From an uncultured Rickettsiales bacterium (GTDB taxonomy: Bacteria > Pseudomonadota > Alphaproteobacteria > Rickettsiales > JABIRX01), in contig CAXDRM010000002.1 of assembly GCA_963991775.1 (NCBI GenBank), positions 1 through 43,980 on the forward strand: a stretch of DNA of 43,980 nt. The letters are read 5' to 3'. The position numbers and the translations under genes were made by a program. The number at the start of each line of letters is the position of its first letter. The stretch's first letter is position 1. A model generated the notes under the pieces. It saw only the letters and a program-made list of their open reading frames with translations, searched no databases and was not told the origin of the DNA. Of this stretch, positions 37,414-43,980 are shown piece by piece.

Positions 37414-38083
37414 GATGACAGTTGAAAATAATCTCAAAAATATAAAAGAGCAAATTACTAAAGAAGCACAAAATTGGCAAAGAGCTATACCAAAATTAAT
37501 TGCAGTAAGTAAAAGACAAGAGCTCAGCAAAATAGAAGCTGCTTTAGAAGCTGGCCAGAGAATCTTTGGTGAGAATCAAGTACAAGAAGCATCACAAAAA
37601 TGGCCAGAGTTAAAAAAAATCTATAGCAACATTGAGCTGCATTTAATTGGTCATTTACAAAGCAATAAAATCAAAGATGCATTAAATTTATTTGAAGTTA
37701 TCAGTACTGTTGATAGCGAAAAATTAGCCCGAAAAATTGCAGCACAATTTAATACAGCATCTATTACTAAAAGCTTTCTGATTCAGATTAATATCGGAGA
37801 AGAAGAACAAAAATACGGCATTAATCCTAATGAAGCTGTAACTTTTATAAAATATTGCCAGCATGATCTTAAATTACCTATTAAAGGCATTATGTGCTTA
37901 CCACCGCAACATGAAGCTGCAGCACCTTATTTTGCTTACATGCATAAAATAGCTCAGCAAGCAAATTTAAATTATATTAGCCAAGGTATGAGCGGTGATT
38001 ATCTTGATGCAATCAAAGTAGGTACTAATGAAGTAAGAATTGGTAGCGCAATTTTTGGTAAAAGATTAAATAAAATAAGTTAA
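37412..38083 (+). CDS. yggS: YggS family pyridoxal-phosphate homeostasis protein
   Basis: 223 aa with the PLP-lysine motif LIAVSKRQ, plus FGENQVQE, HLIGHLQSNK and VRIGSAIFG. Confidence 0.88.
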   Translation: MMTVENNLKNIKEQITKEAQNWQRAIPKLIAVSKRQELSKIEAALEAGQRIFGENQVQEASQKWPELKKIYSNIELHLIGHLQSNKIKDALNLFEVISTVDSEKLARKIAAQFNTASITKSFLIQINIGEEEQKYGINPNEAVTFIKYCQHDLKLPIKGIMCLPPQHEAAAPYFAYMHKIAQQANLNYISQGMSGDYLDAIKVGTNEVRIGSAIFGKRLNKIS

Positions 38084-38184
38084 TAGCTTAGCTAATAAGC
38101 TCTAATTCGCTTGAGCTTTCTAAATGCCAGGCAAGCATTTATAAATACTCCTGATACGCAAATGCATATTCACTAGCTAAGCTA
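38084..38184 (-). repeat. Family A palindromic interspersed repeat, copy A3 (inverted orientation)
   Basis: The terminal inverted repeat is TAGCTTAGCTA (38084-38094) with TAGCTAAGCTA (38174-38184). The reverse complement of the core, TGCATTTGCGTATCAGGAGTATTTATAAAT, matches A2 at 27 of 30 positions. Confidence 0.75.
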
Positions 38185-38430
38185 CTAAAAAATTATTTCT
38201 GGGAATAAAAAAGGGGATCTGATTTGTCGACCCCCATTTATTTGTTCATACTCTAATGGGCATATTGCACATATATATATGGCAATATAACCGAGTATGA
38301 TAAAAACATTGTTGCGGCTAGTATTAAGCCAAAATCATATAGTTTCACAACCTACCATGTCGAACTATTCAATTGTCAGAATAGCTTAGTAGGTAATATA
38401 ATCCACTTGTATAAAACTAGGTAATTCAAC

Positions 38431-38661
38431 TTATTGGTGTATTACTTCAAAATGACTATCAGTTTCCTGGGTTTTAACTGGTCCTGAATAGAATTTTTTT
38501 ATAAAATCTTCAATGGAAGCTACTCTTTGCTCTATTAGTTCTAGAGCCTCGATTTTATTATCTTCGAGTAATTCTATAAGTTTTTCCTCATAAAGATTTT
38601 GCAAGTCAGTATCTAACTTGAGCTTAACCTTACCCATTCCTTTAACTTTAATAGATATCAT
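38431..38661 (-). CDS. Hypothetical 76-aa acidic coiled-coil-like protein
   Basis: The ORF has a strong Shine-Dalgarno sequence (GGAGGT) 6 nt upstream of the ATG (reverse complement of ACCTCC at 38668-38673). I recognise no family. Confidence 0.5.
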   Translation of the reverse strand: MISIKVKGMGKVKLKLDTDLQNLYEEKLIELLEDNKIEALELIEQRVASIEDFIKKFYSGPVKTQETDSHFEVIHQ

Positions 38662-38798
38662 TTTTTACCTCCTTAAAATGAATATATATTATAACATTTT
38701 TTTTAGCGAAGCACAAATATAAAGTTGCTATTGCTAACTGTGGGGATTGGCATTATGATTTTGCTGATTAAATTTAAGTAAAAATATTGGTCATTTCA

Positions 38799-40988
38799 AT
38801 GAAGCAAATAGTCGAACCAGAAATTACAAAAGAGCTGATTGCAAGCCACGGTCTTAATGAAGCAGAATATCAAAAAATTTTGGATATTTTAGGTAGAGAA
38901 CCTAACCTGACTGAGTTAGGTATTTTTTCTGTTATGTGGAGTGAGCACTGCTCTTATAAATCGACCAGATTACATTTAGCTAAATTGCACACAAAAGAAC
39001 CTTGGGTAATTTGCGGCCCAGGTGAAAATGCTGGTATTATTGATGCTGGTGATGATGATGCAATCATCTTTAAAATGGAAAGCCATAACCACCCTTCTTA
39101 CATTGAACCTTATCAAGGTGCAGCAACAGGTGTAGGAGGAATTATGCGCGATGTTTTTACGATGGGTGCTAGACCTATAGCAATTCTTGACTCGCTACGT
39201 TTTGGCAAAATTAACCACCCTAAAACTAAACATTTAGTATCAGGAGTTACTGCTGGCATATCAGGCTATGGTAATTGTGTTGGTGTGCCAAATATTTCTG
39301 GTGACACAATTTTTCATAAATCATTTAATGGTAACATCTTAGTTAATGCTATGTGTGTTGGACATGCTAAACAAGATAAAATCTTTTATTCTGCTGCTTC
39401 GGCAGTTGGCGCCAAAGTAATGTATGTTGGTGCAAAAACTGGTCGTGACGGTATTCACGGCGCTACTATGGCCTCACAAGAATTTAGTGAAGGCTCAGAA
39501 GAAAAGCGCCCTACTGTTCAAGTTGGCGATCCTTTTAAAGAAAAACTACTTATCGAAGCATGTTTAGAATTAATGGCTGAAGATGCAATTATTGCCATTC
39601 AAGATATGGGTGCTGCAGGTCTTACCTCTTCATCTTTAGAAATGTCTAGTAAAGGTGGTGCTGGTATTTTTATTAATTTAGATCATGTGCCACAAAGAGA
39701 AACTGGTATGAGTGGTTATGAGATTATGCTTTCTGAAAGCCAAGAAAGAATGCTAATGGTAATTAAACCAGAGAAGCAAGATCTAGCTCAGCAGATTTTT
39801 AGCAAATGGGATTTAGATTGCGCAACTATTGGAGAAATAACTGATAGCAAACATCTAGTACTAGAACATCATGGTAAAATTATTGCAGATATTCCGGTTG
39901 ATCCACTTTCTGAAGAAGCGCCAAAATATGATCGTCCTTGGCAAGAACCTAAAATTCCGGCAGCATATATTTATACTGAAAATCAAGATCATGATTTAGC
40001 AGCTGCCCTAGAATCAATTATTACTTCTCCAGATATTGCAGCTAAAAATGCTATTTTTGAGCAATATGATTTTGGAGTGATGGGTGATACAGTTAAAGCA
40101 CAAAATATTGCTTCTGGTATTGTCCGCATTCATAATACAGAAAAAGCTATTGCAGCTACCTCTGATTGTACGCCAAGATATGTTGCAGCTAATCCATATA
40201 TTGGAGCACAACAAGCAGTAATTGAAGCGTATCGCAATCTAATTGTGCTTGGCGCAAAACCCAAAGCAATTACTAATTGTTTAAATTTTGGTAATCCAGA
40301 AAAACCAGAAATTATGGGCCAAATTGTTAAAGCTATTGAAGGTATTGCCAAAGCCTCAAAACAATTAAACTTTCCTGTAGTATCAGGTAATGTATCACTT
40401 TATAATGAAACTAATGGTGAGGCTATTCAACCGACTCCAAATATTGGAGGTGTTGGTCTAATTGAAAATCTAGAGCAACCAATTGCCAATTATTTTACTG
40501 AAGCAGAGGCAGAAATTTTCTTAATTGGTGAGACTAAATCCGAATTAGGTGCTTCATTATTTTTAAGAGAATATCTTGGTCAAGAAATTGGTGATTGCCC
40601 TACTCTTAATTATGAAGCAGAGCAACATAATGCTAACTTTATTTTAGCATTACAACAAGCCCAAGCTATTAATGCAGTTAATGATGTATCAGATGGTGGA
40701 ATTTTAACCTTAATCACTAAAATGTGCTTTGCTAGTAATTTAGGCTGTAATTTAGAACTTCCTGAATCAAACTCACTTAGCGCATTAGAATTTTACTTTT
40801 CAGAAACTCAAGCTCGTTATGTAGTAAGTACTAAAGATGCTGCTCAGCTAACAACCCTGGCTAAGCAACATAATGTGCCGATCTATGCGCTAGGTAAGGT
40901 TATAAGTGACGCAAAATTAATTTGTGCTGACCAAGAAATAGATTTAAAAAATCTTAAAGAAAAATATCAGCAGGTAATTAACTTCTAA
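38799..40988 (+). CDS. purL: Phosphoribosylformylglycinamidine synthase subunit PurL
   Basis: About 730 aa with duplicated PurM-like domains. The motifs are SEHCSYKS, ESHNHPSYIEPYQGAATGVGGIMRD and DMGAAGLTSS. The ATG at 38799 (MKQIVEPEIT) is preferred over the TTG at 38787. Confidence 0.93.
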   Translation: MKQIVEPEITKELIASHGLNEAEYQKILDILGREPNLTELGIFSVMWSEHCSYKSTRLHLAKLHTKEPWVICGPGENAGIIDAGDDDAIIFKMESHNHPSYIEPYQGAATGVGGIMRDVFTMGARPIAILDSLRFGKINHPKTKHLVSGVTAGISGYGNCVGVPNISGDTIFHKSFNGNILVNAMCVGHAKQDKIFYSAASAVGAKVMYVGAKTGRDGIHGATMASQEFSEGSEEKRPTVQVGDPFKEKLLIEACLELMAEDAIIAIQDMGAAGLTSSSLEMSSKGGAGIFINLDHVPQRETGMSGYEIMLSESQERMLMVIKPEKQDLAQQIFSKWDLDCATIGEITDSKHLVLEHHGKIIADIPVDPLSEEAPKYDRPWQEPKIPAAYIYTENQDHDLAAALESIITSPDIAAKNAIFEQYDFGVMGDTVKAQNIASGIVRIHNTEKAIAATSDCTPRYVAANPYIGAQQAVIEAYRNLIVLGAKPKAITNCLNFGNPEKPEIMGQIVKAIEGIAKASKQLNFPVVSGNVSLYNETNGEAIQPTPNIGGVGLIENLEQPIANYFTEAEAEIFLIGETKSELGASLFLREYLGQEIGDCPTLNYEAEQHNANFILALQQAQAINAVNDVSDGGILTLITKMCFASNLGCNLELPESNSLSALEFYFSETQARYVVSTKDAAQLTTLAKQHNVPIYALGKVISDAKLICADQEIDLKNLKEKYQQVINF

Positions 40989-40992
40989 GATC

Positions 40993-42294
40993 ATGCAACA
41001 TATCTTTAGATATTTATTAATCTTTATCTTATTTGGCACAGCGGCAAGCGCATCTGAGCGTTTAGTGATTCGCGGCGGTAATGATAGTAAGATTGGTATT
41101 GAGCTTAGCTCTTTTGACCATAGTGAAGATATCTCGAGTCGTACCGCTAGAAAATTAAAAAAACGCATTACCAGGCAGCTTGAAGATACTGAATTATTCT
41201 CGCTTTATGAAGCCAATAAACTTAACAGCTCATTAAAGCATTTATTTCAAATGCAGCTGAAAAAATTAAATTCGGCAGCTAAGTTAGAACTCTCTTTAGA
41301 AACTGACGAGCTTTCCAACGAGATAACAGCCACTATTAAGATCTACGATATTTTCATTAAAGATTATGTGTTAGAAGAGCAAGTTAGCTTTTATGAAGAT
41401 TTATGGTATCGCGGGGCAGCACAAATTTCCGATCTTATTTATTATCATTTTACTGGTTTAGAAGGCTATCTTGATACTAGATTAGTTTATATCTCTGAGA
41501 AAGGCTCTTTATATAATCGTAATAAAAGAGTTGCACTCATGTCACTTTATGGTGATGAGCATCAATATATTACTAATGGTAAAAATCTAGTACTAACCCC
41601 TAGATTATCTCCTGATGGTAAACAAATAATTTATCTCTCTTATAGTGCAGACCAACCTAAACTTTATCTGCTTGATTTAGAAAAAATGAAAAATAAAAAA
41701 CTTTTAGATTTTAAAGGTTTACTTTATGCACCGCGCTTTTCTCCAGATGGTACTCAAATAGTTATGGCTGCTACATATAATGGCAATAGTGAGATTGTGC
41801 TTTTTGATCTTGAGAAGAAAAAGCTAAAACGTCTTACTCATGATTTAGCTATTGATACCTCACCTTCTTTTTCTCCTGCTGGCAACCGTATTGTGTTTAG
41901 CTCTGATCGCGATGGCTCACAGCAATTATATATTATGGATCTTAATGGTGATAGCCTTACCAAAATTAAATTTGATAAAGGTAATTATGCAAATCCAGTA
42001 TGGTCACCAGATGGTAAATATATTGCTTTTACTAAAATCTATCAGGGCAAATTCCATATCGGAGTTTTAAATATGTATAATTATGAAAGTAAAATTCTTA
42101 CTACTGGCTATAAGGATGAATCACCTAGCTGGTCACCTAATGGCAAATTTATTATCTTTTCACGCAAAAAAGCTAATCGCAAAAAATCACGCAAAAATGT
42201 AGCAAATTTATATCTTGTTAATTTAAATGGTGTAATTATTAAAAAAATCGACACACCAGATGATGCATCAGATCCTGATTGGGTAAAATTATGA
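40993..42294 (+). CDS. tolB: Tol-Pal system beta-propeller protein TolB
   Basis: 433 aa with a signal peptide ending in ASA. It has repeated propeller blades (SPDGKQIIYLS, SPDGTQIVMAA, SPAGNRIVFSSDRDG, SPDGKYIAFT, SPNGKFIIFS). Confidence 0.88.
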   Translation: MQHIFRYLLIFILFGTAASASERLVIRGGNDSKIGIELSSFDHSEDISSRTARKLKKRITRQLEDTELFSLYEANKLNSSLKHLFQMQLKKLNSAAKLELSLETDELSNEITATIKIYDIFIKDYVLEEQVSFYEDLWYRGAAQISDLIYYHFTGLEGYLDTRLVYISEKGSLYNRNKRVALMSLYGDEHQYITNGKNLVLTPRLSPDGKQIIYLSYSADQPKLYLLDLEKMKNKKLLDFKGLLYAPRFSPDGTQIVMAATYNGNSEIVLFDLEKKKLKRLTHDLAIDTSPSFSPAGNRIVFSSDRDGSQQLYIMDLNGDSLTKIKFDKGNYANPVWSPDGKYIAFTKIYQGKFHIGVLNMYNYESKILTTGYKDESPSWSPNGKFIIFSRKKANRKKSRKNVANLYLVNLNGVIIKKIDTPDDASDPDWVKL

Positions 42295-43073
42295 AAGCTT
42301 TAAATTATGTAAATTTTATTGGTAGATATACTGTTGAGCTGGCTAATTTAATTGGTCGTGTAGCAATCTTTTTATATTTAGCTATTTCTAATATTTTTTC
42401 TCGCCCTTTTTATGCTAAACAGCTTTATCGCAACTTAATTGATATTGGCTTTTTATCATTACCTGTGGTGGCTTTAACTGCAGTATTTACTGGTGCAGTA
42501 TTAGCGCTACAAAGCTATACAGGCTTTTCAAGATTTAATGCAGAAAGCACTATTGCTACTGTGGTTGTACTTTCTATAACTCGAGAATTAGGTCCTGTAC
42601 TCGCAGGTCTTATGGTAGCTGGTAGAGTTGGTGCAGCTATTGCTGCAGAAATTGGTACAATGAGAGTTACTGATCAAATTGATGCTTTAAAAACTCTTTC
42701 AACCAACCCTTATAAATATCTAGTTGTACCCAGAATTTTAGCAGCAATGATTGCGCTGCCAATCTTAGTAATAATTGCAGATATTATTGGAGTAATGGGC
42801 GGCTATTTAGTAGCTACTTATAAATTAGATTTTAACGGCACAGCTTATTTAATTAACACAGTAGAGTTCTTAGAATTTAGTGATGTTATGTCGGGTATTT
42901 ATAAAGCTATCACTTTTGGCTTAATTATAAGCTTGATGGGTTGCTATCATGGTTATAATTCTGGCAAAGGTGCTCAAGGAGTTGGTATTGCCACTACAAA
43001 TGCAGTAGTTAGCTCTTCGATACTTATCTTACTCTTTAATTATATGTTAACTGAATTACTTTTTGCTAAATAA
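42291..43073 (+). CDS. mlaE: Phospholipid ABC transporter permease MlaE
   Basis: About 260 aa with the MlaE signature region ITRELGPVLAGLMVAGRVGAAIAAEIGTMRVTDQIDAL. The ATG at 42291 overlaps the tolB stop (ATGA). Confidence 0.85.
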   Translation: MKALNYVNFIGRYTVELANLIGRVAIFLYLAISNIFSRPFYAKQLYRNLIDIGFLSLPVVALTAVFTGAVLALQSYTGFSRFNAESTIATVVVLSITRELGPVLAGLMVAGRVGAAIAAEIGTMRVTDQIDALKTLSTNPYKYLVVPRILAAMIALPILVIIADIIGVMGGYLVATYKLDFNGTAYLINTVEFLEFSDVMSGIYKAITFGLIISLMGCYHGYNSGKGAQGVGIATTNAVVSSSILILLFNYMLTELLFAK

Positions 43074-43813
43074 TGCCTAAATCAAAAGTAAAAATAGAAG
43101 TTAAAAATCTTTATAAATCTTTTGCTGATAAAAAGGTTTTAGAAGGAATAGATCTTAAAATTCATGAAGGTGAATGTTTTGTCTTAATTGGTGGCTCTGG
43201 TAGTGGTAAATCAGTATTAATTAAAAATATTGCTATGTTGCTACAACCTAATTCAGGTAGCATCTTATTAGATGGGCAAGAGCTCACTAAAAATAAAGAG
43301 ATACAAAAAGATTACTTGTCTAAAATAGGTTATCTTTTTCAAAATGGCGCACTTTTTGATAGCCTAACTATTTGGGAAAATATCTGCTTTAAATTACTAA
43401 AAAGTAATATGTCGCGTGTTGCGATCAAAAACAAAGCTATAGATGCTTTAAAAGATGTTGGCCTTGATAGTAATGTTGCTGATTTATTTCCAGCGGAATT
43501 ATCTGGCGGAATGTTAAAAAGAGCGGCCCTAGCTCGTGCTGTGGTATTAAAGCCTGAAATTATTTTCTTTGATGAACCAACTACTGGTTTAGATCCAGTA
43601 ATGGCTGAAGTAATTGACGATCTAATTACGCGCTATGCTAAGCAACTTGGTGCTACTACTATTACTATTACTCATGATATGGCTACTGTATCAAAAATTT
43701 CAGATCAAATAGCTATGCTGCATCGTGGTAAAATTGCTTGGCAGGGTAATCTTAAAGAGCTTTCTAAAACTAAAAATAAGATAGTACAAAGCTACTTCGC
43801 TCGTAAATTCTAA
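43073..43813 (+). CDS. mlaF: Phospholipid ABC transporter ATP-binding protein MlaF
   Basis: 246 aa with Walker A GGSGSGKS, signature LSGGMLKR and Walker B IIFFDEPTTGLD. Its ATG overlaps the mlaE stop by 1 nt (TAATG). Confidence 0.88.
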   Translation: MPKSKVKIEVKNLYKSFADKKVLEGIDLKIHEGECFVLIGGSGSGKSVLIKNIAMLLQPNSGSILLDGQELTKNKEIQKDYLSKIGYLFQNGALFDSLTIWENICFKLLKSNMSRVAIKNKAIDALKDVGLDSNVADLFPAELSGGMLKRAALARAVVLKPEIIFFDEPTTGLDPVMAEVIDDLITRYAKQLGATTITITHDMATVSKISDQIAMLHRGKIAWQGNLKELSKTKNKIVQSYFARKF

Positions 43814-43825
43814 AATTACTATATC

Positions 43826-43930
43826 ATACAGTCTTTTCTGCACATCTAAAGAAGATCTCTCATACAACCTATCTTCTTTAGATGTTCAGCAGAGTGATTC
43901 ACTTCAACTGTCAAAAATTTGCTCATGTAT
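43826..43930 (+). repeat. Family C interspersed repeat, copy C3, with a perfect 15-bp stem-loop
   Basis: The stem is ACATCTAAAGAAGAT (43842-43856) with ATCTTCTTTAGATGT (43871-43885), and the loop is 14 nt. It is followed by TTCAGCAGAGTGATTCACTTCAACTGTCAAAAATTTGCTCATGTAT, which aligns with C1 and C2. No U-tract follows the stem. Confidence 0.7.
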
Positions 43931-43980
43931 AGTAATTTAACTTTATTTACATACTTTAGTATGTTATATATCTGTTAAAA

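Noticed and set aside
37414-37530. The 39-codon N-terminal extension of the ThiE-like ORF in the ORF track (MLSSCLLLTAINFGIALCQFCASLVICSFIFLRLFSTVI).
   Set aside because: It is encoded antisense to the conserved PLP-lysine region of yggS and is Cys/Leu/Phe-rich. The internal ATG at 37413 gives a normal ThiE-family N-terminus.
40944-41168. 74-aa minus-strand ORF spanning the purL/tolB junction.
   Set aside because: It is antisense to two well-supported genes and has no motifs, so it is spurious.

Overview
This is a visibly AT-rich, densely packed bacterial chromosome segment with about 40 protein genes and 2 tRNAs. RecA, GyrB, Coq7 and TolB look alphaproteobacterial. The intergenic palindromic repeats recall Rickettsiales or Holosporales-like genomes, but I cannot verify the taxon here. 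Most of the window is housekeeping:
- A complete minus-strand sulfate-assimilation operon, cysG-H-J-I-D-N-K (1-7793).
- folD, and a lipoprotein subtilisin autotransporter.
- recA, comM/yifB and coq7.
- An RND efflux pair, and an ArsC/Spx-family gene.
- mutS, an IMPase-family gene, dapF, gyrB, a cinA-like gene and map.
- A DASS (SLC13) transporter, a ThiE-like gene and yggS.
- purL, tolB and mlaEF.

Two accessory-looking slots, each next to a tRNA, stand out:
- Slot 1 (19.7-22.5 kb): a type IV pilin-like gene followed by four tightly packed lipoprotein genes. These carry five copies of a roughly 65-aa two-cysteine, aromatic-rich module that I do not recognise. This is my best candidate for an undescribed system.
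- Slot 2 (28.0-29.5 kb): a paralogous pilin-like gene starting within 10-20 nt of tRNA-Thr, followed by a small leucine-rich-repeat, effector-like ORF. Neither ORF has an ATG start.

Nearly every longer intergenic spacer contains short palindromic interspersed repeats. I count at least three families (A, B, C) plus a 266-bp MITE-like element with perfect nested inverted repeats. No CRISPR array, transposase, integrase or rRNA gene is visible. All functional calls rest on motif recognition by eye, and no database search was run.
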